Positions 51,721-63,206 of a stretch of 64,000 bases of DNA are shown here, in pieces. A program made the position numbers and the translations under genes. Below the pieces are notes generated by a model. That model was not told where the DNA came from and searched no databases. It saw only the letters and a program-made list of their open reading frames with translations. The stretch's first letter is position 1, and each line of letters starts with the position of its first letter. The DNA comes from an uncultured cyanobacterium (GTDB lineage: Bacteria > Cyanobacteriota > Cyanobacteriia > Cyanobacteriales > CAWCAG01): NCBI GenBank assembly GCA_963803805.1, contig CAWDOD010000006.1, forward strand, positions 1 to 64,000, written 5' to 3'.

Positions 51721-52431
51721 ATGATCTTTCCCTGGAGACTGTTTAACCTAATCTTCATCTTGTCGTTAGTAGCGGGATGCTCTGAACCAAATAAATCTGT
51801 AACTCAGGCAGGAGTATCATTCAAAAATGACAGCTACATAGCTAGCATCACCACAGTATCCCAAAGTTCTCATCGAGTTAGTGAGCATGAGCAAATTATT
51901 ACGCCTCAACAAATAGGGAAAGCTCAGTTAGGAATGAGGGTTGGAGAACTTAAACAGCTTTATCCCCAGGCAAACTATCGTTTAACTAGTTTGCCGGATA
52001 TACCCCGTGCGATCGCAGTTTCTGAAAATGCTGAAGATTTATTTTACTTCATCGCTAGCCCAGATAATGGCGAATTTCCAAAGGATGAAGCCGTCATTAT
52101 GTTTTTAATTACTAATAACCCAAATTATGGCACTGCCGAAGGCATTAAACCTGGTACTTCTTTGGCAGAAGCCACCCAAGCTTACGGTGGGATACAACTT
52201 TACTTTTCTCCCGATGTTGAATATGCTCAATTCCAAAATCAGCCTAGCAACCCCCGCAGCGGTATGGGTTTTTGGGCTAAAGCCGCAACAGGTCAAAAAG
52301 CAGCCGGGATTTATCAGTGGAGTGATCCCCAACAAAATAGTTGCCAAACCACAAGTTCCGGGTTTTGCCAATCGAATCAATTTAACCCTGGCTCAGAAAT
52401 TTGGTATATTTCCGTTGGTAGCCAGCGCTAA
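51721..52431 (+). CDS. Hypothetical lipoprotein
   Basis: Hydrophobic signal ending in LVAGC lipobox when started at ATG 51721; IGKAQLGM and TAEGIKPGTSL segments. Confidence 0.6.
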   Translation: MIFPWRLFNLIFILSLVAGCSEPNKSVTQAGVSFKNDSYIASITTVSQSSHRVSEHEQIITPQQIGKAQLGMRVGELKQLYPQANYRLTSLPDIPRAIAVSENAEDLFYFIASPDNGEFPKDEAVIMFLITNNPNYGTAEGIKPGTSLAEATQAYGGIQLYFSPDVEYAQFQNQPSNPRSGMGFWAKAATGQKAAGIYQWSDPQQNSCQTTSSGFCQSNQFNPGSEIWYISVGSQR

Positions 52432-52434
52432 GTC

Positions 52435-52473
52435 AAAATTAAAAATTAGAAATTAAAAATTAAAAATTAAAAA
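52435..52473. repeat. AAAAATT heptamer tandem repeat (STRR-like)
   Basis: About 5 units: aaaatt aaaaatt agaaatt aaaaatt aaaaatt aaaa. Confidence 0.6.
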
Positions 52474-52599
52474 GTACTGCTACCTAGGTACAGTAGGTAA
52501 TATAAATCCCCCCGCCAATTACCATTTTCTGCCAAAATATTCTCCAGTAGCATGGCAAAAAACTATTCTACTTTTTAATTAAAATAAAATACGCTTAAG

Positions 52600-53949
52600 A
52601 TGCAATTTTCAAAAATACTGATTGCTAATCGAGGAGAAATTGCTTTAAGGATACTAAGAAGCTGCGAGGAAATGGGCATAGCTACTGTTGCGGTTCACTC
52701 CACAATCGACCTTCAGGCTCTCCATGTCCAACTAGCAGACGAAACTGTCTGTATTGGCCCACCTCCTAGTGGTAAAAGTTACTTAAACATTCCTAATATT
52801 ATTGCTGCTGCTTTAACTCGCAATGCTACAGCAATTCACCCCGGTTATGGATTTCTAGCGGAAAATGCTCGTTTTGCTGAAATTTGTGCTGACCATCAAA
52901 TTTCCTTTATTGGCCCTTCTCCAGAAGCAATTTTAGCTATGGGGGATAAATCAACTGCTAAAAAGACTATGGAGCAAGCAGGAGTTCCCACTGTTCCAGG
53001 GAGTAAAGGACTGCTCAGAGATGAAGAAGAAGCTTTAGTGGTAGCTCGTAATATTGGCTATCCTGTGATGATTAAGGCAACTGCTGGAGGAGGAGGGCGA
53101 GGTATGCGTCTTGTAAGGGAAGAAAGCGAACTAGTTAAGCTTTTTTTTGCGGCCCAAGGAGAAGCAGAAGCTGCCTTTGGTAATGGGGGGGTTTATATGG
53201 AAAAGTTCGTAGAAAAACCCCGCCATATTGAATTTCAGATCCTTGCTGATAGTTACGGTAATGTTATTCACTTAGGAGAAAGGGACTGCTCTATTCAAAG
53301 ACGTAACCAGAAATTGCTAGAAGAGGCTCCCAGCGCAGTTTTGACCCAGGAATTGCGGAGAAAGATGGGGCAAGCTGCTGTTATGGCAGCAAAGTCAATC
53401 AACTATATTGGCGCAGGTACAGTGGAGTTTCTCCTTGATTGTTCTGGCGAGTTTTATTTTATGGAAATGAATACTCGTATTCAAGTAGAACATCCTGTTA
53501 CAGAAATGATTGCCGGATTGGATCTTATCTGTGAACAGATTCGCATTGCCCAAGGAGAAAAATTACGCTTAACTCAAGACGAAGTTAATCTTCAAGGTCA
53601 TGCCATTGAATGTCGCATTAACGCTGAAGATCCTGACCACAATTTCCGCCCTCATCCCGGTCAAATCAGTGGTTATTTACCTCCAGGTGGGCCGGGAGTT
53701 CGCATGGATTCCCATGTCTATACTGATTATCACATTCCCCCTTATTATGACTCTTTGATTGGTAAACTTATCGTTTGGGGAGAAGATCGCAATGCAGCTA
53801 TTAAGCGCATGAAAAGAGCATTACGGGAATGTGCTATTACCGGAGTTCCTACCACCATCGGTTTTCATCAAAGGATCTTAGAAACCCCAGAGTTTTTAGC
53901 CGGGGAGGTTTATACAGATTTTGTACAGAAGCATATGATGGATGGATGA
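52600..53949 (+). CDS. accC: Acetyl-CoA carboxylase, biotin carboxylase subunit
   Basis: [45 protein letters not shown]. Confidence 0.97.
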   Translation: MQFSKILIANRGEIALRILRSCEEMGIATVAVHSTIDLQALHVQLADETVCIGPPPSGKSYLNIPNIIAAALTRNATAIHPGYGFLAENARFAEICADHQISFIGPSPEAILAMGDKSTAKKTMEQAGVPTVPGSKGLLRDEEEALVVARNIGYPVMIKATAGGGGRGMRLVREESELVKLFFAAQGEAEAAFGNGGVYMEKFVEKPRHIEFQILADSYGNVIHLGERDCSIQRRNQKLLEEAPSAVLTQELRRKMGQAAVMAAKSINYIGAGTVEFLLDCSGEFYFMEMNTRIQVEHPVTEMIAGLDLICEQIRIAQGEKLRLTQDEVNLQGHAIECRINAEDPDHNFRPHPGQISGYLPPGGPGVRMDSHVYTDYHIPPYYDSLIGKLIVWGEDRNAAIKRMKRALRECAITGVPTTIGFHQRILETPEFLAGEVYTDFVQKHMMDG

Positions 53950-54506
53950 AGTTAACACGTAATACTTGGATTTTAATCAGTTTGGCAGGGGTTTTGGGGG
54001 TTGGTGTATATATCTATGAAAGCCAACTTGCACCGCGACAGGAAGCCAGTGAAGAGCAGAGAAAGCAGATTTTTGCTTTTACTGAAGAAGAAGTTAAAAA
54101 CTTAACTATCGAACTCCCTGACCAAACTCTAGAATTTGAACGTATTGACAAAGAAATAACCCCTTGGCAGATGAAAAAGCCGGAAGATGTACCTGCAAGT
54201 AGTGCTGTAATCGCTTTTTTATTAGATGCTTTAGCAGAAGAAGAACGTGATCGCACTTTTTCTGTTCCGGTGCAACAATTGTCAGATTACGGGTTAGATT
54301 CACCTATTGCTAAAATTAGCGTGACTTTAGAAAATGGAGAAAAACATCGATTATTTCTTGGGCAACCTGATCTCGGAGGAAAGCTGATTTATGCCCAAGC
54401 CGATCCTCCTAATAATCCAGTTGAGGAGGTAGAAGTGGTTTTGGTTCCGATCAATTTTCAGTATGCAGTAGAGCGAGAATTGTCAGAATGGCAGGCTCAA
54501 CAGTAA
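53946..54506 (+). CDS. DUF4340-like membrane-anchored protein
   Basis: ATG overlaps the accC stop (ATGA); N-terminal TM helix, WQMKKP, LSDYGLD.P. Confidence 0.7.
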   Translation: MKLTRNTWILISLAGVLGVGVYIYESQLAPRQEASEEQRKQIFAFTEEEVKNLTIELPDQTLEFERIDKEITPWQMKKPEDVPASSAVIAFLLDALAEEERDRTFSVPVQQLSDYGLDSPIAKISVTLENGEKHRLFLGQPDLGGKLIYAQADPPNNPVEEVEVVLVPINFQYAVERELSEWQAQQ

Positions 54507-54547
54507 GGTTTGCCGTTGCCATAGGCTTACCTAACTATCTGAATTGA

Positions 54548-55855
54548 TCATCTCATTAGTTGCTTCAAACAAGAGAGATCCGCAGCGCCAAAATGGATGC
54601 TGAAAGCAACATTGACATTTTCTAAAGATTGAATTAGCCAAGGAACACCATCTTTATTGGAAGATTCGTAGTGATTAAACAGAATCGAAAAGCGTCTTTC
54701 TAGATGAGGTCTAACTTTATGACAAGCTAAAGTAATCTTCAATAATAGGGCTACTGTAGGAGTTGCCCCCATATTGCTGATTAGGTCTACGAAAACGTAG
54801 TGATTGGGTTGATAGGCGCTCTCAACAATTAAAAAGTTTAATAACTGAGTAGAGGTTCGCAAAATCAACGACTCATTGGGCTTTTGGCCATCAGAATGAG
54901 GCAAAATACTTTGCAATTGCTTGTATAACTTCTCATTGAATTGACTATTTCCATATCTGGGATTAATGGGAAAAGTCAAATATTCATATAAATCATTCTT
55001 AAAGTCACGATAAGAGCGAGCATCGCTAGTATGCTTAATAAAGCTGTAGGCTAAATCTCTGTAGGTATAGTTGCCTTGAACTTTACCCACAAAATGCTTT
55101 AAAGCAACTGCTAATTCCTGCTCCGTTAATAAAGTTGGATTCCTAACCGGTTGAATATTAGGCTTAACTCCTTTATTCAACTGCCCCATCCGCGCCATTT
55201 GAGCTAACCTAACTTGATAAGTAACATATTGAGAAAGGCTAAACTCAAAGGATTTTTGCATACGAGCTTGGACGCTCATTACAGTTTGTTGATGTTCGTA
55301 ACTACTATCTTCGCTGAGCAAACAATGTCTATAAAGGTAAGGATAGCGATTAATTAAGTTGCCAACGGAATGGGAAGTTTCAGCCGTAATTTCGGGCTTT
55401 TTACCGACAACTTTAGCTAAACGGTGTAGAGTGGTAAACTGTTCTGTTTCCAGAAAATCCCTAACTAAGGTATACATACGCCTAGCGGTGCGGGAGTATG
55501 TACTTTTAGGACGAGAATCTTTCTCTAAAAGCTGTAGCAACTCAGAAATAGCTTCCCGTTCAGTTTCTATTTGCCAACGATTAATGACAATATGACAGCA
55601 GCGATTGAGAATATATTTAAACCTTTTGTCTGCTTGTTTGGAGTTAACAATCTTGGCTATGGCATCTCTAACTTGAGCATCAGGATAGCCTGTCGCTTCA
55701 ATAAATAAAAGCCGGAAACGCTCGACAATCTCACTGGGGGATTCCTCCTTCACACAGTTGATTAGATGGTCGTAAAGTTGCTTTTCTTCAGGGTTGGTTT
55801 GTGGTAGATGAGAGTCTGTCAATAGCGTCACTACAATCGTCGCTCCTGGGGGCAA
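54548..55855 (-). CDS. Conserved cyanobacterial hypothetical protein
   Basis: 435-aa ORF with LYDHL, ILNRCCHI.INRW, RYPYLY.H, NPTLL, RFSILFNHYE; start uncertain (GTG near 55831 possible). Confidence 0.7.
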   Translation of the reverse strand: MPPGATIVVTLLTDSHLPQTNPEEKQLYDHLINCVKEESPSEIVERFRLLFIEATGYPDAQVRDAIAKIVNSKQADKRFKYILNRCCHIVINRWQIETEREAISELLQLLEKDSRPKSTYSRTARRMYTLVRDFLETEQFTTLHRLAKVVGKKPEITAETSHSVGNLINRYPYLYRHCLLSEDSSYEHQQTVMSVQARMQKSFEFSLSQYVTYQVRLAQMARMGQLNKGVKPNIQPVRNPTLLTEQELAVALKHFVGKVQGNYTYRDLAYSFIKHTSDARSYRDFKNDLYEYLTFPINPRYGNSQFNEKLYKQLQSILPHSDGQKPNESLILRTSTQLLNFLIVESAYQPNHYVFVDLISNMGATPTVALLLKITLACHKVRPHLERRFSILFNHYESSNKDGVPWLIQSLENVNVAFSIHFGAADLSCLKQLMR

Positions 55856-56179
55856 ACGTTACTTTTGGCGGGTAAAAACTGCGCTATAGGTTAAGTTCAA
55901 TGCAATTAATTTCTTTAGCAATAGCAGATTTTGAGATGATGTTGAACGTGGATTTGTCTGGTAAGCAATAAAAAAAATTGCTGACCTGCCAAGACTTAAC
56001 TTAAAATAACTGCGCCTTCAGTATATCTTGATAGAAACTCTATAAGTTTAGTAAATGTACTAAGCAATCATGAAGTTTTGGTTAAGCCAAATGGCATAGC
56101 TTAAATTCAGCCATTTTGCTGTTGGCAAAGTTAATCTATTTTACTAGCTTAACTCTTAATTTAATTCTCCCGATGTTTT

Positions 56180-57562
56180 ATGTCTTGTCAATTGTCCCTT
56201 GCTCAACTTAACAACGTTCTTATCTCAGAGGCTCTAAATCTCTCCCCATCAAATTTAGCTCAAAAAACCCTTGGCATCACTACCGATACGCGGACTCTCA
56301 AAGCAGGGGAAGTTTTTTTGGCTTTAAAAGGAGAAAATTTTGATGGTCATAGCTTTGTCAAAGTGGCTTTGGATAAAGGAGCAAGGGCTTTAATTCTTAA
56401 TCAAAATTGTGGTTTAGAATTGTCTACTGAAGTACCGCTATTTTATGTTGAAGATACCTTAAGGGCCTATCAGAAAATTGCTAGGGCATGGCGCGATCGC
56501 TTTGATATTCCGGTGATTGGTATTACTGGTTCAGTTGGCAAAACTACCACAAAAGAACTTATGGCTGCGGTTTTATCTACCCAAGGCCAGGTGCTAAAAT
56601 CTCAAGCTAATTATAATAACGAGATTGGTGTACCAAAAACCTTATTAGAGTTGGGTTCAGAGGATGATTTTGCTGTTATTGAAATGGCGATGCGGGGTTT
56701 AGGACAAATTGCCGAATTAACAGAAACTGCTCATCCGACTATTGGGGTAATTACTAATGTTGGTACGGCACATATTGGACTTTTAGGTTCTAGAGAAGCG
56801 ATCGCCCAGGCTAAATGTGAATTATTAGAAGAGATGCCCAAGACAAGTGTAGCGGTTCTCAACCACGATAATCAGCTTTTAATGGATACAGCAGCTAAGG
56901 TTTGGCAAGGGGAAACTGTGACTTTTGGTTTAGAAGGGGGAGATATTCAAGGCAAGTTACTTAACTCCCAAACTATTTTAGTAGAGGGAATGGAATTACC
57001 TTTACCTTTAACCGGTCGTCATAATGCCCTCAATTATCTAGCTGCTTTAGCTGTAGCGAGAATATTAAATATCGACTGGTCTTCCTTTGCCCAAAGTTTA
57101 ACAGTTAATCTGCCTAAAGGTAGGGCGCAACGCTACGAACTTCTCCAAGATGTGGTTATTTTAGATGAGACTTACAACGCAGGTACAGAATCAATGATCG
57201 CTGCTTTGCATCTACTTAAAGAAACCCCAGGTAAGCGACATATAGCTATATTAGGAACCATGAAAGAATTAGGAGAACAATCTCTTCAACTGCACCAAAA
57301 AGTAGGTCAAACGGTACAAGAGTTGAGTTTAGATTATTTATTAGTATTGACAGATGATTCAGAAGCAGAGGCGATCGCTGATGGGGCTGGAAATATCCCC
57401 ACAGAATGCTTTGCTACCCACCAAGAGTTGAACCAAGCCTTACAAAAACTAGTTCAACCAGGGGATCGCTTACTTTTCAAAGCTTCTAATTCTGTAGGTT
57501 TAAATAAAGTTGTGGAGAAGTTTAAGGAAGACTGGCGGGAAACTAGAGGAGTAGGGCAGTAG
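56180..57562 (+). CDS. murF: UDP-N-acetylmuramoyl-tripeptide--D-Ala-D-Ala ligase
   Basis: GENFDGH, ITGSVGKTTTKE, NYNNEIGVP, DETYNA, LGTMKELG, LFKAS. Confidence 0.95.
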   Translation: MSCQLSLAQLNNVLISEALNLSPSNLAQKTLGITTDTRTLKAGEVFLALKGENFDGHSFVKVALDKGARALILNQNCGLELSTEVPLFYVEDTLRAYQKIARAWRDRFDIPVIGITGSVGKTTTKELMAAVLSTQGQVLKSQANYNNEIGVPKTLLELGSEDDFAVIEMAMRGLGQIAELTETAHPTIGVITNVGTAHIGLLGSREAIAQAKCELLEEMPKTSVAVLNHDNQLLMDTAAKVWQGETVTFGLEGGDIQGKLLNSQTILVEGMELPLPLTGRHNALNYLAALAVARILNIDWSSFAQSLTVNLPKGRAQRYELLQDVVILDETYNAGTESMIAALHLLKETPGKRHIAILGTMKELGEQSLQLHQKVGQTVQELSLDYLLVLTDDSEAEAIADGAGNIPTECFATHQELNQALQKLVQPGDRLLFKASNSVGLNKVVEKFKEDWRETRGVGQ

Positions 57563-57664
57563 GGGAAGTAGTTTACAACTTGTTACTAGAAACTCTGCAA
57601 GCACCTCAGCAACCTGAGACAATAAAGACAAAACATAGCTGATACTTTTAATCCCCTACAGGTT

Positions 57665-58885
57665 ATGCAAACTCTCGAAAATCCTCAAACTATTATTACT
57701 GCACCTATTGACACCGCTATTGTAAGGCGCAAAACTCGTCCGGTGAAAGTGGGTGACATTACCATCGGCGGTGGGAATCCGGTGGTGGTGCAATCTATGA
57801 TTAACGAAGACACATTGGATATAGATGCTTCCGTTGCCGCTATACGCCGTCTTCATGAGATTGGTTGCGAAATTGTCCGCGTTACCGTACCTAGTATGGC
57901 TCATGCTAAGGCTTTAAAGGAAATTAGGGAAAAATTAGCCCAAACTTATCAAACCGTTCCTTTAGTAGCAGATGTCCACCACAACGGTATGAAAATTGCC
58001 TTAGAAGTTGCTAAACACGTTGATAAGGTGCGGATTAATCCGGGACTCTACGTTTTTGAAAAACCGAAAGCAGATCGCAACGAATATACAGAAACTGAAT
58101 TTAATGAAATTGGTAACAAAATTCGTCAAACCTTAGAACCTTTGGTAATTTCTTTACGAGATCAGGGGAAAGCGATGCGTATTGGTGTTAACCATGGTTC
58201 CTTAGCTGAAAGGATGTTATTTACCTACGGCGATACCCCTGAAGGAATGGTAGAGTCGGCGTTGGAATTTATTAGGATTTGCGAATCTCTGGACTTTTAT
58301 AACCTAGTTCTTTCCCTCAAAGCATCGCGAGTTCCTGTAATGTTAGCAGCTTATCGCTTAATGGTTAAGCGGATGAATGAGCTAGGTATGGCTTATCCTC
58401 TCCACTTAGGAGTAACAGAAGCAGGAGATGGGGAATATGGACGTATTAAATCTACAGCCGGAATTGGTACTTTATTAGCGGAAGGAATTGGCGATACAAT
58501 TCGTGTGTCTTTAACAGAAGCCCCAGAAAAAGAGATTCCTGTTTGTTATAGTATTCTCCAAGCTTTGGGACTACGGAAAACCATGGTTGAATATGTTGCT
58601 TGTCCTTCCTGTGGGCGTACCTTATTTAACCTCGAAGAAGTTTTAGCTAAAGTTCGCAACGCAACTAAACATCTCACTGGTTTAGATATTGCAGTGATGG
58701 GTTGTATAGTTAATGGCCCTGGAGAAATGGCCGATGCAGACTATGGTTATGTCGGTAAGCAACCAGGTTATATATCTCTCTATCGAGGACGGGAAGAAAT
58801 TAAGAAAGTACCAGAAGATCGAGGCGTGGAAGAATTAATTAATTTGATTAAAGCTGATGATCGTTGGGTTGAACCAGAAGAGTAG
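57665..58885 (+). CDS. ispG: (E)-4-hydroxy-3-methylbut-2-enyl-diphosphate synthase
   Basis: [45 protein letters not shown]. Confidence 0.97.
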   Translation: MQTLENPQTIITAPIDTAIVRRKTRPVKVGDITIGGGNPVVVQSMINEDTLDIDASVAAIRRLHEIGCEIVRVTVPSMAHAKALKEIREKLAQTYQTVPLVADVHHNGMKIALEVAKHVDKVRINPGLYVFEKPKADRNEYTETEFNEIGNKIRQTLEPLVISLRDQGKAMRIGVNHGSLAERMLFTYGDTPEGMVESALEFIRICESLDFYNLVLSLKASRVPVMLAAYRLMVKRMNELGMAYPLHLGVTEAGDGEYGRIKSTAGIGTLLAEGIGDTIRVSLTEAPEKEIPVCYSILQALGLRKTMVEYVACPSCGRTLFNLEEVLAKVRNATKHLTGLDIAVMGCIVNGPGEMADADYGYVGKQPGYISLYRGREEIKKVPEDRGVEELINLIKADDRWVEPEE

Positions 58886-58992
58886 AAATCTTGTTCAACT
58901 TATACAAATTTACCTGAATGCGAGGGTTTAACTAATTCTTTTGGTTAGACTCTCTAATTATGCTCGTTCTTTTCGAGTTAGACAACTAATTT

Positions 58993-59484
58993 ATGAAAAT
59001 AATTATTGGTATTATGGGGCCAGGAAAAAATGCTTTACCTATTGATTTAGAAAACGCTTATTTATTAGGTCAATTAATCGCTAAAGAAGGCTGGATTCTA
59101 CTTACGGGAGGGAGAAAAGCAGGGGTTATGGAAGCGGCTAGTCAAGGGGCAAAAGCTTCTGGCGGCATGACTATTGGTATTCTTCCTGGCAATGATTATG
59201 AAGGTGTTTCTGAGGCAATAGATATTGCTATCATTACTGATATGGGTAATGCTAGAAACAACATCAATGTCCTTTCTAGCCAAGTAGTAGTGGCTTGCGG
59301 CATGGGAATAGGAACTGCTTCAGAAATCGCTTTAGCATTAAAAGCAAATAAACCAGTTATTCTGTTAAACAATCAACCGGAAAGTTATCAATTTTTTCAG
59401 AGTTTAAGGAAAGATTATCTTTACTTTGTTAAAGATGCAGAAGCCGCGATCGCTATTGGGAAAGGTATCCTCCTCAAGGACTGA
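58993..59484 (+). CDS. TIGR00725 / LOG-like Rossmann-fold protein
   Basis: LLTGG..GVMEAASQGA, TIGILPG, ARNNINVLSS, GTASEIALA. Confidence 0.8.
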   Translation: MKIIIGIMGPGKNALPIDLENAYLLGQLIAKEGWILLTGGRKAGVMEAASQGAKASGGMTIGILPGNDYEGVSEAIDIAIITDMGNARNNINVLSSQVVVACGMGIGTASEIALALKANKPVILLNNQPESYQFFQSLRKDYLYFVKDAEAAIAIGKGILLKD

Positions 59485-59764
59485 AACGCCTCATTCCTCT
59501 AAATGAGGGACTGATGGGCGAGGAATTTGGAGTGCGATCGCATTCATACCTAACTTTTAACTCCAAAGTTTGTTGGCGAAAAAGGAAATTATCTATCTCT
59601 TGATTCTATTTTTATTTGGTAGTAATATATTTTAAGGGAGAGTATATGCTTATATTCAAAAAATCGCGTCTATTCCCATTATTAAAAATAATTTTATCTT
59701 GTCAAGGTAAAAGCTGATTAGAGTTTAAAATAACTTAATAAAATTTCTGTTTAAACAAAATCTT

Positions 59765-59824
59765 GTCGGGGCAGGTTTTTCTATATATTTGCTCAGTCGT
59801 ATATATAAGCAAACCCACCCCTAC
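59765..59824. repeat. Long-loop GTAG REP-like hairpin downstream of ctaE
   Basis: GTCGGGGCAGGTTT...32 nt...AAACCCACCCCTAC. Confidence 0.6.
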
Positions 59825-59842
59825 TTTACTTATTTGCTAACT

Positions 59843-60465
59843 TCAAAGCAAATAAACTAACCCAAAAAGAATAATCCAAACCACATCAACAAAGTGCCAA
59901 TATAATTCTGCGGCTTCTACGCCAAAATGTTCTTCACCAGAATAGTGCTTAGCATCGCGCGATCGCCACAACACAGCCAAGATCAACAACAAGCCTAAAG
60001 TAACGTGCAAGCCGTGGAATCCGGTTAAAACATAAAAACAACTAGCGAAAATATTACTAGTTAAACCAAACTCCAAATGGCTATATTCATAAGCCTGTCC
60101 GACAAGGAAAATTGCCCCCATAACAGCCGTTATGGCAAACCAAAATTGTAATCCTTTATTGTCGTCTTTTTTGATCGCACTTTGCCCCTTGTGCATCACA
60201 AAGCTACTAGAGATCAGGATCAAAGTGTTAATAGTTGGCAGTAAAAGTTCTAACTCCGGCTGGCCTTCAGGGGCCAAACTGGCATGGTGAAGTGATAAAT
60301 TAAAAACGCAGCAAACAAGCCGAGAAAGATCATACTCTCAGCCACAAGAAACAAAACTAAGCCAAACATCCGAAAATCAGGATGTTCTTCATGGGCTATC
60401 TCAGCTTCTAGCTCACGTTGATAGTTGAGGGTTTTTGAGGGATCTATTGAAGTTGAACCTTGCAT
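59843..60465 (-). CDS. ctaE: Cytochrome c oxidase subunit III, split by a 1-nt frameshift near 60272
   Basis: FLVAESMIF, NTLILISSS, LTGFHGLHV, YWHFVDVVW; one extra base in the G run 60270-60273 restores WPPEGQPEL. Confidence 0.92.
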
Positions 60466-60543
60466 AATCTCTTATTTGTCATTTATCTAACAGGGCTTGA
60501 ACTAAAAATCAAAAAATCATTTTTTCTTTTGAATTTTTAATTC

Positions 60544-62231
60544 CTAAGTGGCATCGGCTTTAACCTCTGCGAGTAAATCTTCTACCGTCAACTCAGCGTC
60601 CAGTCCTTCGCCATCAATACCGTAGTCGTAGGGACCACACCAGAGGACAGGTTCTTCATCGAAGTTTTCAATCGCAGGAGGAGAGGTGGTTTGCCACTCC
60701 AGGGTTAAAGCTTTCCAAGGATTGTAGGTTGCTTGTGGCCCTTTGAACCAACTCCAAATCGCATTGATGATAAAAGGAATTGTGGAAACAGCCAAAATAT
60801 AGGAACCGATGGTACAAACTATATTTAAGTCTTGGAATTGCGGATCATAAAGGGCAATGCGGCGATTCATACCCATCAAACCCAATTTGTGCATGGGTAA
60901 GAAGGTCATGTTTAAACCAATGAAGGTGAAAACAAAGTGAACCCGACCCCAAAATTCGTTGTACATCCGCCCCGTCATTTTGGGATACCAATGGTAAATC
61001 CCGGCGAAAAGTCCTAAAACACTACCACCGAAGAGGACGTAGTGGAGGTGGGCTACCACAAAGTAGGTATCGTGGACGTGGATGTCAAAGGGAACAGAAG
61101 CTAGCATGACCCCACTCAAACCCCCAATTAGGAAAGCAGAGAGGAAACCAATGGCAAATAACATAGGGGTATTTAAGCTGATCTTGCCCCCCCAAATGGT
61201 GGCACACCAACCAAAAACCTTAATACCTGTGGGTACGGCAATAATCATAGTGGCAGCCATAAAAAACATCCGCATCCAGCCGGGAGTACCACTAGTAAAC
61301 ATATGGTGAGCCCAAACAATTAAGCCCAAAAAAGCAATAGCTAAACTAGAATAGGCGATCGCCCGATAACCAAAAATTGGTTGGCGAGAATGGGTTGGCA
61401 AAATTTCAGAAATCATGCCAAAAATCGGCAGAATCATAATATAAACTGCCGGATGGGAGTAAAACCAGAACATATGCTGATAAACAATGGGATCTCCTCC
61501 TCCGGCAGGGTTGAAGAAGTTAGTTCCAGCAATTAGGTCAAAGGAAAGTAAAATTACCGCCCCCGCTAATACCGGAGTCCCAATTAGGGTTAAACCAGAA
61601 AGGGCTAACATCGACCAACAAAATAGAGGCATATCATGGATAGTCATATCCGGGATACGCATCTTTAAGATGGTGGTGGCGAAATTAATCGAACCCAGCA
61701 TGGAAGAAGTTCCCAACAAAAGTACGCTGAGAATCCAAATTTCTTGCCCCCACTGTCCAGACACCAAACTTAAGGGAGGATAAGCTGTCCAACCTGTTTG
61801 AGGCGCACCCACAAAGAAGCTGCACATTAAGAAGATACCCCCAGGAGGCAGCATCCAAAACGCTACTGCATTTAACCGGGGAAAGGCCATATCCTTGGCC
61901 CGATCATCAAAGGAATTAAATAATTAGCAAAAGCAGCCCCAGCGGGGATAATCCAGAGGAAAATCATCACTGTGGCGTGCATGGTGAAAAGCTGGTTATA
62001 CACTTCCGGAGTAACGAAATCCGGTGCTGGGGTTGCTAATTCTGTGCGGACTCCTTCAGCTAAGGTTCCCCCCACTAAGTAAAACAGAAAAGACGTTACT
62101 AGGTATTGGATACCAATGACCTTGTGGTCTGTATTAAAGGTAAAATATTGCCACCAAGCCCACTTTTCAGGATGGTCATGGGTTGATGGTTCTGGTTTTG
62201 GAGCAGTTTTAGGAACTGTTACTTGGGTCAT
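60544..62231 (-). CDS. ctaD: Cytochrome c oxidase subunit I, split by a 1-nt frameshift near 61899
   Basis: TDHKVIG, HATVM, FWFYSHPAVY, WAHHM, HDTYFVVAHLHY; one extra base in CCC 61899-61901 restores PLMIGAKDMAFPRLN. Confidence 0.95.
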
Positions 62232-62240
62232 TGTTGGTTA

Positions 62241-63206
62241 TTAGTGGTTGCTATGGTGATGATGTAGTACTTTTAATTCATCTAAAACTTGAGGTGTTAC
62301 TCCCATATCCTCAGCAAAAGGTGTAATCACAGCAGCAGGAGAATTTTTAGCCGTCTGTAAAGCAACTGCTTTATCCAATTGATTTTGGGAATAATATTGA
62401 GAGTTTTCCTCCATCCACTGGTTATATTCTTCTGGAGTCTGGACAAAAAGCTGAGCCTTCATGCCGCCATGGTAGGGGCCACAAAGTTCAGCACAAATAA
62501 TCGGATATTGCCCAGCACGAGTAGCGGTAAATCTCAATTCAGCAGTCCGCCCTGGAATAGCATCTTGTTTAATGCGGAATTCCGGTAGCCAGAAAGCATG
62601 GAGTACGTCCTGGGCGGAAATATTTAATTTTACTTCTTGCCCCAAGGGGATATGTAAATCGCCACTAATGACACCAGTTTCTGGGTAGGTAAAGATCCAG
62701 GCATACTGAAGACCATTAACATCAACTTCCAAGGGTGAATCTTCTGTGGGGGCATAAGGAGAAGCCCCTAGTCCTAAAGCCATTTCACCCTGACTGGGAT
62801 TCAGGGCAACAAGATTTTGTTGAGGCCGTTTATCCATAGAAGCCATAGGATCTAAGCCTCCCATGGTGTTATAAACCTCAAAACTATAAATTGCAATAAT
62901 AAAAACAATTACCGTGGGAATTGCTGTCCAAAGAATTTCTAGGGGAATATTGCCTTCTATTGGTGGCCCGTCAGTTTGATCCCCTTTGCGTCGGCGAAAT
63001 TTAATAATTGAAACAATTAGCACCCCCTGAACAAGAAAAAACAACCCGGTAGCAATGGTCATCATAAAGTCAAAAATTCCATCCACTTGGGCTGCTTCTA
63101 CCGAAGCTTGCACGGGTAAAAGTCCGTGATTTTGTCCGTACCAGAGGCTGATGAGAGTTAAAGCGATACCAGCGATTAGTGTTGTAATGCTACTTGGAAT
63201 GTTCAC
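62241..63206 (-). CDS. ctaC: Cytochrome c oxidase subunit II
   Basis: LEILWT, QYAWIF.Y, DVLHAF, CAELCGPYHGGM (CuA site). Confidence 0.95.
   Translation of the reverse strand: MNIPSSITTLIAGIALTLISLWYGQNHGLLPVQASVEAAQVDGIFDFMMTIATGLFFLVQGVLIVSIIKFRRRKGDQTDGPPIEGNIPLEILWTAIPTVIVFIIAIYSFEVYNTMGGLDPMASMDKRPQQNLVALNPSQGEMALGLGASPYAPTEDSPLEVDVNGLQYAWIFTYPETGVISGDLHIPLGQEVKLNISAQDVLHAFWLPEFRIKQDAIPGRTAELRFTATRAGQYPIICAELCGPYHGGMKAQLFVQTPEEYNQWMEENSQYYSQNQLDKAVALQTAKNSPAAVITPFAEDMGVTPQVLDELKVLHHHHSNH

Larger units (their letters stand above)
1126..61362. repeat. HIP1 octamer GCGATCGC dispersed across the window
   Basis: Roughly 35 copies seen by eye (e.g. 1126, 4300, 6235, 30029, 44499, 56798); a hallmark of cyanobacterial genomes. 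Confidence 0.9.

Noticed and set aside
59485-59580. Possible structured ncRNA downstream of the TIGR00725 gene
   Set aside because: Only short hairpins, one centred on a HIP1 palindrome; no recognisable RNA family
695-62588. Numerous 60-120-aa ORFs overlapping larger genes (e.g. 695, 2223, 6045, 17453, 34239, 41359, 52127, 61487)
   Set aside because: Nested in or antisense to well-supported genes with no motifs; the similarity of 695 and 2223 only mirrors the sense-strand paralogy
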